DNA of 64,000 nt, from NCBI GenBank assembly GCA_963169855.1, contig CAUJCN010000002.1, positions 581,608-645,607 on the forward strand. The letters run 5' to 3'. Origin of the DNA: Patescibacteria group bacterium (GTDB lineage Bacteria > Patescibacteriota > Dojkabacteria > J137). This document shows, one piece after another, positions 17,624 through 28,316 of the stretch (positions are counted from its first letter, which is position 1; the number at the start of each line of letters is the position of its first letter). Position numbers and translations under genes: made by a program. The notes below the pieces were generated by a model. It searched no databases. It had not been told where the DNA came from and was given only the letters and a program-made list of their open reading frames with translations.

Positions 17624-19894
17624 TTATTGTCCCTTCAATTGCTGAATAAATGCCTCAGCATCGCTAACTAATACCTCTCTTGGTTTACTTCCGTTTTGTG
17701 GACCAACTACACCTAGAGCTTCAAGTTCTTCGATTAATTCTGCTGCTTTGTTAAACCCGATGTTTAATTTTCTTTGTAAGAATGAACTAGATCCTTTATT
17801 AAACTGAACAACCAATCTAATTGCTTGCTCAACCTGTGATCCTTTTTGCATACTGCCGTCCATCATAAATCCTTCTTCTTCTCCAGGAACAGCTTGTTTT
17901 TCTGTAATTTCACTTACATATTCAACTTCTGGAGCTTGAGATCTAATGTATCCTACAATTCTAATTACTTCTTCTTGGTCTATGAATGCTCCTTGTAATC
18001 TAGTTGCTTTTGGTTTGTCTGGAGCTTTGTATAATAAATCTCCGTAACCCAATAGCGATTCTGATCCAGTTCTATCCAAAATAACTCTAGAATCAGTCGA
18101 GCTTGTAACGCTCATTCCGATTCTTCCAGGAATATTAGCTTTAATAATACCTGTAATAACATTTACAGAAGGTCTTTGAGTAGCAAGAATCAAGTGGATT
18201 CCAACGGCTCTAGCTTTCTGTGCAAGTCTAACAATTGCAGTTTCTGCTTCAACTCTGTTTGCAGTCATCATCATGTCGGCCATTTCGTCGATCACGATTA
18301 CAATGTATGGCATTGCAGCGAATCCCATTTTCTCGTTGTATCCAATAATATTTCGTACCTGTTCTTTTGCTAAATTTGTATAACGTCTTTCCATCTCGTT
18401 TACAGCCCACTTTAATGCATTGACAACTTTATCCATGTCTGTAATAACAGGAGTTAGTAAATGAGGAATTCCATTGTAATCAGAAAGTTCAACTTGCTTA
18501 GGGTCAACAAGAATAAATTTAACTTCATCTGGAGTTTTCTTCATCAAAATAGAAGAAATAAATGAGTTCGTTAATACTGATTTACCAGAACCAGTAGCTC
18601 CAGCGATTAATAAGTGAGGCATCTTCTGAATATCTACAACAACTGCTGTCCCATCTATATCTTTACCAACAGTTACTGGAAGTCCAAAAGTTGTTGTTGT
18701 CATGTTGTCAGAAGACATGAGTTCTTTAAATCTAACCATGTCTCTGTTTTCTCTAGGAACTTCGATTCCCAAAAATGTTGTTTCTGGAATAGATTCAATT
18801 CTAACTGCATTTGAATCAACTCCTAACGCCAATGCTAGGTTTGCACTCAAATTAGAAATCTTTTCGACTTTAATTCCTAAAGGCAGATTCAAAGCGTACT
18901 GGATAACTGAAGGCCCAACGTAGCTTTCTTCAACCTTTGCTTCTACTCCAAAACTTCCAAGAGTCTGTTCTATAATTCGAGCATTCTGCTCAATTGCAGG
19001 TTCTTTTCCACTAGCTTTCTTGTTTGGGATAAGTAAAGAAAGTGGAGGCAATTTCCAGTCAGGGAATTTCAAATCGTCTTGCTTTAATCCATCTTCACCT
19101 AATTCGCCTTCAACAATTTCTGGTTGATTCGAAGATTTCTTTGGAATCTTGAAAGATGAATAAGTTTTTTTATTATCTTCTTCGTCGTCCTCCTCCTCAT
19201 CTTCTTGAATCTTTGCTTGTTTAACCTTCTTTTTCTTCATAAAGTCACCAAATGTTGACGCATTAGAAGGATCAATTTCTTCTTCCTCTTCATCATCGAA
19301 TTCGTCTGTTCCCCAAATCTTTTTGAGAAATTCCCATATACCACCAAGTACATTTCTAGTAATTTGAAATACCATTGCCGATGGAATCGAAAGGGCGATA
19401 GGGATTAGAACTAAATTGGCTAAGAACAATAGTAGTTTAGTTGCAGGTTGGGTAGGAATTGTTTCTTGCATTACGTTGGCTACAACAAAATATCCAACTT
19501 GACCTCCCAACGTCTCGGAAGAATTTCCAGCGTATCTATAAATTTCCAGCGGACCGCTAGCCATTGCTGTAATAAATGCTGGCAAAGTGAATAGCAGAAT
19601 TAATTGAGCAATTAGGGATCTTCTTGAATTAAATAAATAATCAAAACCTAAAAACTTCAAACTAAAGTTGAATGATACAAAGACAGCAACAAATGTAGCC
19701 GTGCCAAAAATTCCCTTTGCGGTTCCGAATATACTTGAATCAGAATCGTTTGATAATAAAGAGAGTAGCAAGAAAATTGCTAACACTAATAATCCGATTC
19801 CAAGAACAGTTAAGGTTTCTTTGCTATCGTATGTAATCTGTTTTTTTCGCGCCATAAATTTACAGAGATGTGACTCTATTGTATCATTGTTCAA
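17624..19894 (-). CDS. ftsK: DNA translocase FtsK/SpoIIIE
   Basis: N-terminal TM helices, Walker A GATGSGKSV, VIDEMADMMM, and a C-terminal gamma winged-helix domain. Confidence 0.85.
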   Translation of the reverse strand: MNNDTIESHLCKFMARKKQITYDSKETLTVLGIGLLVLAIFLLLSLLSNDSDSSIFGTAKGIFGTATFVAVFVSFNFSLKFLGFDYLFNSRRSLIAQLILLFTLPAFITAMASGPLEIYRYAGNSSETLGGQVGYFVVANVMQETIPTQPATKLLLFLANLVLIPIALSIPSAMVFQITRNVLGGIWEFLKKIWGTDEFDDEEEEEIDPSNASTFGDFMKKKKVKQAKIQEDEEEDDEEDNKKTYSSFKIPKKSSNQPEIVEGELGEDGLKQDDLKFPDWKLPPLSLLIPNKKASGKEPAIEQNARIIEQTLGSFGVEAKVEESYVGPSVIQYALNLPLGIKVEKISNLSANLALALGVDSNAVRIESIPETTFLGIEVPRENRDMVRFKELMSSDNMTTTTFGLPVTVGKDIDGTAVVVDIQKMPHLLIAGATGSGKSVLTNSFISSILMKKTPDEVKFILVDPKQVELSDYNGIPHLLTPVITDMDKVVNALKWAVNEMERRYTNLAKEQVRNIIGYNEKMGFAAMPYIVIVIDEMADMMMTANRVEAETAIVRLAQKARAVGIHLILATQRPSVNVITGIIKANIPGRIGMSVTSSTDSRVILDRTGSESLLGYGDLLYKAPDKPKATRLQGAFIDQEEVIRIVGYIRSQAPEVEYVSEITEKQAVPGEEEGFMMDGSMQKGSQVEQAIRLVVQFNKGSSSFLQRKLNIGFNKAAELIEELEALGVVGPQNGSKPREVLVSDAEAFIQQLKGQ

Positions 19895-19930
19895 TATATC
19901 ATAGCCATCGGACTAAATCTAAACTTCAAT

Positions 19931-21316
19931 ATGAAATTAATTCAAAAATTCAAGAGTTACAATTACGGTGCTACTAACTATGTCTACCAATTTGAAAACG
20001 GTCTTCGACTTTTTGTTACAGAAAAAAAAGATATTCTTGATTTCTACGCATCTATAATCTTCAAAGCTGGAGCACTAATTGAAAATCAAGTTGGTGTAAC
20101 AGACGGAACTGCACATTTTCTAGAACATTTAATGGTTGCAAGTCCAAGCAAGTACTTTAAATCAATGGATGTAAAAAAGGAGTTCATGTACGGGAATTTA
20201 TCTAGACCAGAAGTGAATTACAACGGTTCGACAAGCAAATATGCAATGCAGCTTTATTCAAGCTCGCAAATAAGAGGGAAGGAAAGAGTAATGAAAATGC
20301 TTAAAGGGTATTTAGATTCATCAAAAAGAGATTTTGAAACTACAATCGAGAAAGAAAGAGGTATTATACTTTCCGAAATCGAGAGAATGATCAAGAAGGA
20401 AAAAGATTCTGGGTATTATTACAGAGAATTTTTCTTTCAAGATGTTTACCCCGAGTTTGTTAAATACGTTATAGGCGAATACGATCAAGTAAAAGAAATA
20501 AATATTGAGCAACTTGATAAATTCAGAACAGAGCTTTCTAGAGGAGAGAATGCTGTAATTGCAATTCAAACCAATAATTGGCCAGATAAAACTTTGATTA
20601 AGGACATAAAAGAACTTTCTAAGTACTTTAACGCCGAGAAGAATTCGTTCAAGCATAAATTCATTCCTTACAAAAATCAATTTAAGTACAAACATTTCAA
20701 AGATGAAGAGAGAAGAGATGTATTCATTTCTTACAATGTTTTCCTGCCAAAAAGAGATCATATCGACTACCGATTGGAGGCAATTGAAGAGTTTGCAGAC
20801 TCCTTAATATCGAAAACTGTTTTCGAACACTTGCGAGAAGACAAGCAACTGATTTACTCTGGCGGATCGTTTAATCAATACGCTTTAGTTTCACATATTA
20901 ACCGTGGATTCAGCACTTCAGTTTCTAAAGAAAAGTTACCTGAATTATTAGACTCGATAGAATATCTTTTCACAACTTACTGGAAAGAGTTTTTGTTCTC
21001 ACAGAAAGGCGCTAAATGGTTCGGGACGATTGTTAGCAGCTATTTGTTTAAGACCACTACATCGTTTGATTTAGATTTCCCAAGAAGCATGGCAATGGAT
21101 CTTTTATATGGTGAAGAGGTTGGATACGACTATAGAAAAGCGACGAAAGCCATTAAGGAAATTTCAAGGGAAGATGTTGCTAATTATTTAGATCATTACT
21201 TAAGCATTGCACCAGGATTGTGGCTGGTTTCTCCACATGAAGAAAAGGAAATCTATGATATTTTAGAATCATCATCTTTTTTCAAAAGAGTATCTAAATT
21301 AACAAATCAAATTTAA
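19931..21316 (+). CDS. M16-family (pitrilysin-like) zinc peptidase
   Basis: HxxEH motif HFLEH near the N-terminus; 461 aa. Confidence 0.55.
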   Translation: MKLIQKFKSYNYGATNYVYQFENGLRLFVTEKKDILDFYASIIFKAGALIENQVGVTDGTAHFLEHLMVASPSKYFKSMDVKKEFMYGNLSRPEVNYNGSTSKYAMQLYSSSQIRGKERVMKMLKGYLDSSKRDFETTIEKERGIILSEIERMIKKEKDSGYYYREFFFQDVYPEFVKYVIGEYDQVKEINIEQLDKFRTELSRGENAVIAIQTNNWPDKTLIKDIKELSKYFNAEKNSFKHKFIPYKNQFKYKHFKDEERRDVFISYNVFLPKRDHIDYRLEAIEEFADSLISKTVFEHLREDKQLIYSGGSFNQYALVSHINRGFSTSVSKEKLPELLDSIEYLFTTYWKEFLFSQKGAKWFGTIVSSYLFKTTTSFDLDFPRSMAMDLLYGEEVGYDYRKATKAIKEISREDVANYLDHYLSIAPGLWLVSPHEEKEIYDILESSSFFKRVSKLTNQI

Positions 21317-21319
21317 ACA

Positions 21320-22093
21320 ATGAAAGTATTAGACGAACACACAAAATTTGCTCATTTAGGTAAACCTGGGACCTATTTCACAAAAGGGTTTCAGAGAAGG
21401 TTAGATAAAATTACGAAAATTGTAGATCTTAAAGACAAGAAAATTTTAGACATGGGTTGTGGAGAAGGTGTTTGGACTTTTGAGTTTTCAAAATACACAA
21501 ACCCCAAAAATGTTTTTGCCTCAGAATACGATCCAGAGCAGGTTCAAAGATTTAAATCTATGAGTCTAGAGGAAAGAGCAGGTATTCCTGAGGAGAACTT
21601 TTTAAACTGTCCTGGAGAGTCGTTAGCTTTCGAAGACAACACTTTTGACATTGTTTTCCATAACGAAGTTCTGGAGCATGTTCAAGATGATCAGAAAACA
21701 ATCAACGAATGCTTAAGAGTTTTAAAACCCGACGGTCTTATGATTTTCTTTACACCAAACACTTTGTGGCCTTTCGAACAGCATGGAATGTTCTTTAGAG
21801 GAAAGTACTATTGGGGAAATATTCCATTTTTACCATACATGCCAAATTTCATTTATAAAAAATTTGCTCCACATGTAAGAAACTATGGATCGTGGACGAT
21901 CAATAAACTTTTAAGGAGCTCTTCTGTGGCCAACGAAACGGTGTATTTTACTCAAATTTTCTCTGGATTTGACGGGTTGGCTAGAAAATTTGGATTGATT
22001 GGAAGAGGAATCCAGAAATTCGTACATTTTTTTGATAAAACACCTCTACATATTTTCGGAATCAGCCATTTTGTAATTGTAAGAAAGCTCTAG
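21320..22093 (+). CDS. class I SAM-dependent methyltransferase
   Basis: ILDMGCGEG motif I. Confidence 0.6.
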   Translation: MKVLDEHTKFAHLGKPGTYFTKGFQRRLDKITKIVDLKDKKILDMGCGEGVWTFEFSKYTNPKNVFASEYDPEQVQRFKSMSLEERAGIPEENFLNCPGESLAFEDNTFDIVFHNEVLEHVQDDQKTINECLRVLKPDGLMIFFTPNTLWPFEQHGMFFRGKYYWGNIPFLPYMPNFIYKKFAPHVRNYGSWTINKLLRSSSVANETVYFTQIFSGFDGLARKFGLIGRGIQKFVHFFDKTPLHIFGISHFVIVRKL

Positions 22094-22180
22094 TCGAAAC
22101 CGCAATCTTACAATGGGGCTGGCGAAAGAGCTTTTTGAGCTTAAAAATGATATAATTGATAGGTATATTATAAATATATA

Positions 22181-23305
22181 ATGAGTGAGGCAAAGAAAAA
22201 GAAGGTTTTACACTTAATCACTGATGCTGGATCTGGTCATAAAGCAGCAGCAGCAAACCTTACAGCAGCAATAGAAAAGCTTTATCCAGGTAAATACGAG
22301 CAAAAAACACTCGATTTCTTCAAAGTTATCGATATTGATCCATTCAATGCTTCAGATGCGTCATATGCATTTATGTCTGGAAACAGGGCCTTCGAAGCTT
22401 TAAACAACTTCTTTTTTAGATTTTTCAATACAAAAGTAGGTTACGGAATCTTTGAGAGATATCTAACAACAATGCTTTTAGAAGAAGGAACGAACGTATT
22501 AAAGGACGAAGCCCCGGATTTGGTTATTTGTAATCACCCAGTAACAGCAACATTATTGAATGCTATAAAAGAAAAGACGAATTCATTTAAATCAGTAGAA
22601 GTTGTTTTAGACTTGGTTACAATTTTCAAGGGATGGGCAGATAAAAGTGCTGATTTGATCATTAGCCCAACATCGGAAGCTGTGAGTAAACTTGTTAAGT
22701 ATGGAGTAGATGTTAGTAAAATTGTTTACCCACTATTTCCAGTAAATTCTAAACTGGCAAACTTTAGAGAGAAAACTATAGTAATGAAGGAACTCGGCTT
22801 TACTGAAGATAAGCCAACGATTCTTTTGACTGCGGGTGGAGTAGGAATGAAACCTGTAGAAAAAATCTTAAAGATTGTTTCTCAAGATGATAAATATCAA
22901 GTAATTGTTTGTGCAGGAAGACTGAACTACTTTAAAGAAAAACTGGAAAGAAAATACTCATCGAACAAGAATATTGTAATTTTCGGTTATGTCGATAATA
23001 TTCAAGATTACTACAACGTTTGTGATGTAATTATCTCGAAGCCAAGTTCGGCAACAATTATCGAAGCCGAGTTGTTCGAGAAACTAGGAATATGGACTAG
23101 GAATATTGGTGAACACGATGCAGGAAATATCGATTATATCAAAAGAAATCCTAGGTTCAGATATATAAACTCTAGTTATGATAATATTGGAGAAATTTTG
23201 TCTGATTTATTAAGCTCGAAAGTTAGAAAACCTGTTCAGGAATTCAAAAGAAACTTCAATGAGATTGACGAAATAGTTAGAGAAGTAATCTCACTAATAG
23301 AATAA
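22181..23305 (+). CDS. GT28-family glycosyltransferase (MGDG synthase/UgtP-like diacylglycerol glycosyltransferase)
   Basis: N-terminal DAGSGHKAAAANL motif typical of the MGDG synthase N-domain; 374 aa. Confidence 0.5.
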   Translation: MSEAKKKKVLHLITDAGSGHKAAAANLTAAIEKLYPGKYEQKTLDFFKVIDIDPFNASDASYAFMSGNRAFEALNNFFFRFFNTKVGYGIFERYLTTMLLEEGTNVLKDEAPDLVICNHPVTATLLNAIKEKTNSFKSVEVVLDLVTIFKGWADKSADLIISPTSEAVSKLVKYGVDVSKIVYPLFPVNSKLANFREKTIVMKELGFTEDKPTILLTAGGVGMKPVEKILKIVSQDDKYQVIVCAGRLNYFKEKLERKYSSNKNIVIFGYVDNIQDYYNVCDVIISKPSSATIIEAELFEKLGIWTRNIGEHDAGNIDYIKRNPRFRYINSSYDNIGEILSDLLSSKVRKPVQEFKRNFNEIDEIVREVISLIE

Positions 23306-23364
23306 TCTCTTCTTGCCCAACTTTACTCAATTGTGGATAATGAATTGTTTATCATTTCATTCCT

Positions 23365-24360
23365 ATGCGAGTTAACTTAATTACAGGATCTACGGGATTC
23401 ATTGGAACAAATCTCTCAAAATATTTACTGGATCAAGGAGAAGTAGTTATTGGTATAGATAATTTCTCTTCATCAGAAAAATGGAAATCAGAATTATTTT
23501 CTGAAAATCCAAATTACGAATTTTTTGAACACGACATTGTAAAAGACGTTCACTCCGTACTAGAAAAGTCAGAACTTTTTAAGAAATACGGAAAGATAGA
23601 TAGGATCTACAATTTGGCTTGTCCTGCATCTCCACCAAGGTACATAAGTATTTCATTGGAAACATTAGATGTTTGTACGATAGGCGTTAGAAATATGTTG
23701 GATTTGGCAAAGGAATTTGATGCAACTATTTTACAAGCTTCAACATCAGAAGTTTATGGAGATCCAATTGTTCATCCACAGCTAGAAAGCTATAGAGGAA
23801 ATGTAAACACAGTTGGTCCGAGAAGTTGTTACGATGAAGGAAAGAGAGTGGCGGAAACATTCTGCTATGAATACAAAAGGTTGTTCAATACGAAAGTAAA
23901 GATTGTGAGGATTTTTAACACATATGGTCCGTACATGGATCCAAGTGATGGTAGAGTAATTACAAACTTCATTCTTCAGGCAATGGAAGGAAAAGATCTA
24001 ACAATCTACGGAGATGGAAAACAAACAAGATCTTTTCAATATATTGATGATTTGATTCAGGCATTTATGAAATTTATGGATACAGATGCTGATTTTATAG
24101 GACCAGTAAATACAGGAAATCCTGGAGAATTCACAATTCTAGAATTGGCAGAATTAGTTCTAAGAAAAATCGAAACGCCAAGCAAGATTGTAACTGTTGA
24201 GATGGATAAAAACGATCCATACGACAAGAAGAATGATCCACAGCAACGAAAGCCAGATATAACTTTAGCTCAAGAAAAGTTAGGTTGGAGTCCTGATATC
24301 AAATTAGAAGAAGGGTTGGATAAAACAATAGAATATTACAAAAATTTGAATAGAAAATGA
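23365..24360 (+). CDS. UDP-glucuronate decarboxylase (UDP-xylose synthase)-like NAD-dependent epimerase/dehydratase
   Basis: GSTGFIG Rossmann motif and YDEGKRVAETFCYEY catalytic motif. Confidence 0.7.
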   Translation: MRVNLITGSTGFIGTNLSKYLLDQGEVVIGIDNFSSSEKWKSELFSENPNYEFFEHDIVKDVHSVLEKSELFKKYGKIDRIYNLACPASPPRYISISLETLDVCTIGVRNMLDLAKEFDATILQASTSEVYGDPIVHPQLESYRGNVNTVGPRSCYDEGKRVAETFCYEYKRLFNTKVKIVRIFNTYGPYMDPSDGRVITNFILQAMEGKDLTIYGDGKQTRSFQYIDDLIQAFMKFMDTDADFIGPVNTGNPGEFTILELAELVLRKIETPSKIVTVEMDKNDPYDKKNDPQQRKPDITLAQEKLGWSPDIKLEEGLDKTIEYYKNLNRK

Positions 24361-25301
24361 TTTACGAACCACTTTTAGAAGTTGAGCTACCAGAGCCAGA
24401 ACTTGTAGCAACACAACTTTTCATTGAAACAGAATGTGCAAACAGAGCAATGAGGATCAAACAAATAAGTCTTGCCTCAGGATTAGACATAGATTTTAGA
24501 AAAAAGTGTGAACTCTTTCTCAATACATTTGTCAGTTTCGTAGATGGTAAAGTAGTCGTAAATAAGAAAAGATGTAGATTGCTTGCAGAAACGTTATACA
24601 AGAATATTTCAGTGATTACTGAAGAGGATATGAAGGAAACTGCAGAAAGAGCCTTGGAGGATCTTCGAGAAGGATCAGTTGTGTATTTCTATCTTCATCA
24701 GCATCAAAAACGCGATAGTTCCAAGGACTTCGACAATAGTAACGAATACATGCTGGCACTTGTGAAAAGACTCGCTCAAAAAAGAGGCATAGTTATCAAA
24801 ACTATAGCTCAAAGTGCATTCGACACAGATCTAGATAGTGTAAAGGAAGTTCGATACATAGATGATGTTTCTTACAGTGGAAGCCAACTTATAGACCAAA
24901 TTGTGGAATTATCTACAGGTCTACCAAATATGGAAAGGGTGAAAGTCTACCTATCAGCCTCGACTGAATATTCTCAATTAAGAATGAAGGAATCATTTAA
25001 AAAATTAACGACATCTGTGGAGGTAGTTTCTCAATCAGAGATACCTGGGTTAGGAGAAATCCTAAGTGACGAACCAGGAATGCTTTCTTACTTTGAAGCA
25101 AATTTAATTATGGAGGTGATTTACGATGCCGTAGTTGTAGAACCCAGCGTAAATGAAGATATTTGGGAATGTCTTAATCAGTATCTTGGGAGTCTTACCC
25201 TGACTAGAACGGCTTTTAAAATTCCAGATGGAACAAGTTTTCCTTACGAAATAGGAGGAGCTTTCGAAAACACTTTTAAAAACGGCATGTACAGACTATA
25301 A
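24357..25301 (+). CDS. hypothetical protein with a PRTase-like motif
   Basis: YIDDVSYSGSQL resembles the PRPP-binding loop; 4-nt overlap with the UXS gene. Confidence 0.25.
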   Translation: MIYEPLLEVELPEPELVATQLFIETECANRAMRIKQISLASGLDIDFRKKCELFLNTFVSFVDGKVVVNKKRCRLLAETLYKNISVITEEDMKETAERALEDLREGSVVYFYLHQHQKRDSSKDFDNSNEYMLALVKRLAQKRGIVIKTIAQSAFDTDLDSVKEVRYIDDVSYSGSQLIDQIVELSTGLPNMERVKVYLSASTEYSQLRMKESFKKLTTSVEVVSQSEIPGLGEILSDEPGMLSYFEANLIMEVIYDAVVVEPSVNEDIWECLNQYLGSLTLTRTAFKIPDGTSFPYEIGGAFENTFKNGMYRL

Positions 25302-25478
25302 GCTTGATTAACAAAAATTTCTTTTGTAGAATTTTGTTATGACTATACAAACATTTTTAATGCATTTTGTTTATATCGCAACTCCAGCTGTAATTGGATT
25401 TCTTCTAGGATATAGATTTGCAAAGAGACCTAACTCAAACAGCCCAAACAAAGATTTCAAAGAGATTGAAGATAATCT

Positions 25479-25505
25479 TTAGCACCCCTGTGGCTTCCCT
25501 GCTAA
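25479..25505 (+). promoter_or_regulatory. CIRCE-like inverted repeat (candidate HrcA operator) upstream of dnaJ
   Basis: TTAGCACCC-N9-CCCTGCTAA vs the CIRCE consensus TTAGCACTC-N9-GAGTGCTAA. Confidence 0.35.
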
Positions 25506-25511
25506 TTGACA

Positions 25512-25527
25512 TGGTATAATTTCCCCT
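25512..25527 (+). promoter_or_regulatory. extended -10 promoter (TGgTATAAT) giving a leaderless dnaJ transcript
   Basis: TGnTATAAT at 25512-25520 and the ATG at 25528, 7 nt downstream. Confidence 0.4.
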
Positions 25528-26619
25528 ATGGCAAAAAGAGATTACTACGAAGTTTTGGGTGTTTCTAAATCTGCATCGAAAGATGAGATCAAGAAAGCAT
25601 ATCGAAAATTAGCCAAAGAATTCCATCCTGATAAAAACAAGGCAGCAGACGCTGCAACCAAATTCAACGAAGTTCAAGAAGCTTACGATACTCTTTCGGA
25701 TGAACAAAAAAGAAGTGGTTACGATAAATATGGGTTTGCAGGAGCGCAACAATCTTTTGGTGCAGGTGGGTTCCCAGGCGGGACTAACTTCTCTGGTGAT
25801 CTCGGTGGTTTTGAAGATTTGTTAGGAGGATTTTTTGGAGATGGATTTGGTTTCGGAGGCGGAAGGCAAAGCCGAAGAAATAGAGATAAAAGAGGCTCAG
25901 ATCTTGAATACAGAATGACCTTAGAGTTTAACGAAGCGGTTTTTGGTGTGGAGAAAGATCTCGAATACAGGCGAAAAGTGAGATGCGAGAAATGTTCTGG
26001 AAGTGGGTCGAAAGATGGCAAAACCCAAACTTGTAAAACTTGCAATGGGAATGGTCAGGTTCACCAAGTTCAGCGAACAGTTTTTGGAAACATGCAAGTT
26101 TCCTCTGATTGCCCAACCTGTGGAGGTAGTGGCCAAGTAATTGCTGAGAAATGCGATGTTTGTTCTGGGAGCGGTGTTGAAAATAAATTGGAAACTTTCA
26201 AAATAAAAATCCCTCAAGGAATTCCAGATGGGGTTACTTTAAAATATGCAGGAAAGGGAAATGCAGGTGAAAATGGTGGATCAATTGGGGATTTATATAT
26301 TGCGGTGAGCGTAAAAGAACACCCTGTTCTGAAAAGAAAGGGAGATGACGTTTACATGGATATGGAAGTAAATCCAATGCAAGCTGTTCTAGGTGGCGAA
26401 GTAGAAATTCCAACAGTCCACGGAGATGTAATTATGGAAATTCCTGCAGGAACACAACCAGAAAAAGTTTTGAGATTAAAAGATAAGGGAGGACCTAAAT
26501 TCAAAGGCAACGGAAAAGGTGATCAGTTTGTCACAATAAAAATTAAAATTCCTACAAAGCTTTCAAAAGAAGAAAAACGTTTGTGGGAAGAACTGCAAGA
26601 AAAAACTCTAAAATCATAA
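25528..26619 (+). CDS. dnaJ: chaperone DnaJ
   Basis: J domain with HPD, Gly/Phe-rich linker and four CxxCxGxG repeats. Confidence 0.85.
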   Translation: MAKRDYYEVLGVSKSASKDEIKKAYRKLAKEFHPDKNKAADAATKFNEVQEAYDTLSDEQKRSGYDKYGFAGAQQSFGAGGFPGGTNFSGDLGGFEDLLGGFFGDGFGFGGGRQSRRNRDKRGSDLEYRMTLEFNEAVFGVEKDLEYRRKVRCEKCSGSGSKDGKTQTCKTCNGNGQVHQVQRTVFGNMQVSSDCPTCGGSGQVIAEKCDVCSGSGVENKLETFKIKIPQGIPDGVTLKYAGKGNAGENGGSIGDLYIAVSVKEHPVLKRKGDDVYMDMEVNPMQAVLGGEVEIPTVHGDVIMEIPAGTQPEKVLRLKDKGGPKFKGNGKGDQFVTIKIKIPTKLSKEEKRLWEELQEKTLKS

Positions 26620-26824
26620 GCAAAAAATCTTAAAACTTCTCAATTTAATATCTTCAAGCAAAGTAAATTTTTCAAATTTGTGATTTTTCTCTTGTTTCAC
26701 ACAACTTTTGTAGAACGCCCATCTGTCTCCAAAAAGTCAGCTAAAATTGACAATTTAGCTAACTTAACCTTAAAATACTTCTAACCTTGCACTTAACTAA
26801 ACAATAATTTTTTAATAATCGATT

Positions 26825-27601
26825 ATGGTTGATCTTACGGAATATGCAGGTTTTCAGCTCAAATTAGATGACTTAAAAAATAGATTCATATTTGACGACA
26901 GTGTTACTTATCAAGATGAGTGCTATGTCGGTTTAGATGAGATTCTTCCCGTACTATTAAACAAATTTGTAAGATATCCAGAAAAAGTTTACAAACTTCA
27001 TAAGAATGTTGTTCCCAGAACAGTTAATTCTAACGATGAGCTTTCATACGATATTTACCAGATTCCTGTAGGTCTTCTTGGCATTGAATTCGTGAAAACT
27101 CATGTTTATCACTCAGCTTTTCAAGAAAATAAATACTCAAGTATCATCGAATGTTTGTCTGGAGAATTGACAGTAATAATGCAAAAAAATGTTAAAAAAG
27201 AAGAAACTCACTACGAATTCGACACTTATGTAGAAGACATTGTTGTTGTAACTTTAAAGAGAGGAGAGAAGGTTGCTATCCCAGCTGGATATTTCTATAC
27301 ATTTGTAAATGCTGGAAATTCAGTTGTTGTAATGGCTAAGCTGTCAAGTAAGTCTGAAATCCAAGTTGACTATAACAATCTTAGAAGAGAAAAAGGATTG
27401 GCGTATTTCATCATTTCGAAGAACGCAAAGGCAGAAACTGTTGCTAATCCTAAATATAAAATTCAGTGCAAATTAAAAGTCTACAGTGTTAGAAAAATCG
27501 TTAGAGACGAAAGCTTAAAGAAGGTTTTCATCCCTTTTGATATCTCTACACCTTTATTCAATTTGCATTTCATGGCAAAATCACTACATGCGTATTTTTA
27601 G
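26825..27601 (+). CDS. hypothetical protein, possibly cupin-like
   Basis: Weak beta-barrel-like motif; no confident assignment. Confidence 0.25.
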   Translation: MVDLTEYAGFQLKLDDLKNRFIFDDSVTYQDECYVGLDEILPVLLNKFVRYPEKVYKLHKNVVPRTVNSNDELSYDIYQIPVGLLGIEFVKTHVYHSAFQENKYSSIIECLSGELTVIMQKNVKKEETHYEFDTYVEDIVVVTLKRGEKVAIPAGYFYTFVNAGNSVVVMAKLSSKSEIQVDYNNLRREKGLAYFIISKNAKAETVANPKYKIQCKLKVYSVRKIVRDESLKKVFIPFDISTPLFNLHFMAKSLHAYF

Positions 27602-28316
27602 GCTGCTTTTAATTACAAATGTAGTAGTTTTTGGATTAACCTTTCTTCTCCAGGCTTTGATTTACTCACAGAATGGAGGCTTAAGTAATTCACTAAACTT
27701 CCAAATTTTTGATATCTCAGGAGGACTTTATTCAGTAGATATTGTTTTGCTTGGAAAAATCTGGACTCTTGTGACTGCAAACTTTGCTCACATGGATCCT
27801 CTGCATTTTCTTTTCAACATGTACGCTTTGTTCAAGATTGGACAAATTGTTCTTGAATTCTACGATGGAAAGAAGCTGTTCATTACTTATATAATCGGTG
27901 GAATTGTTGCAATGCTTTTGAGCGTTGTAATCAGCGTTTTAACACTATTTCCGACTCTAACTCTAGGAGCTTCTGGAAGTATTTTTGCTTTAGCAGGACT
28001 CTTAATTGGAGGAGCTGTTAAAGATAGAAGATACGGAGTTAACCTTCCGATAAATCTTCAAGTATTCGTCCCAATAATCTTCGTTTCACTTTTATTCGGA
28101 TTTATTCCTGGCAGTGGAATTAACAACGTTGCTCACTTAGGAGGAGTATTAGCAGGATTCGTTTTGGGACTGATTCTGAAACACGATATCGGGGAATATG
28201 AATCTAAAACAGAAAAAACAATTGTCAACTTCTTTTACTATACTTCATTGGGAGTCTTTATTCTTTCTTTCCTTCTGCATATAATGTATGTAGTTAGGTT
28301 ATTTATAAACTCTTAA
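27588..28316 (+). CDS. rhomboid-family intramembrane serine protease
   Basis: GASGSIFAL (GxSG) and the AHLGG histidine motif with multiple TM helices. The start is moved to the internal Met MRIFRLL. Confidence 0.6.
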   Translation: MRIFRLLLITNVVVFGLTFLLQALIYSQNGGLSNSLNFQIFDISGGLYSVDIVLLGKIWTLVTANFAHMDPLHFLFNMYALFKIGQIVLEFYDGKKLFITYIIGGIVAMLLSVVISVLTLFPTLTLGASGSIFALAGLLIGGAVKDRRYGVNLPINLQVFVPIIFVSLLFGFIPGSGINNVAHLGGVLAGFVLGLILKHDIGEYESKTEKTIVNFFYYTSLGVFILSFLLHIMYVVRLFINS

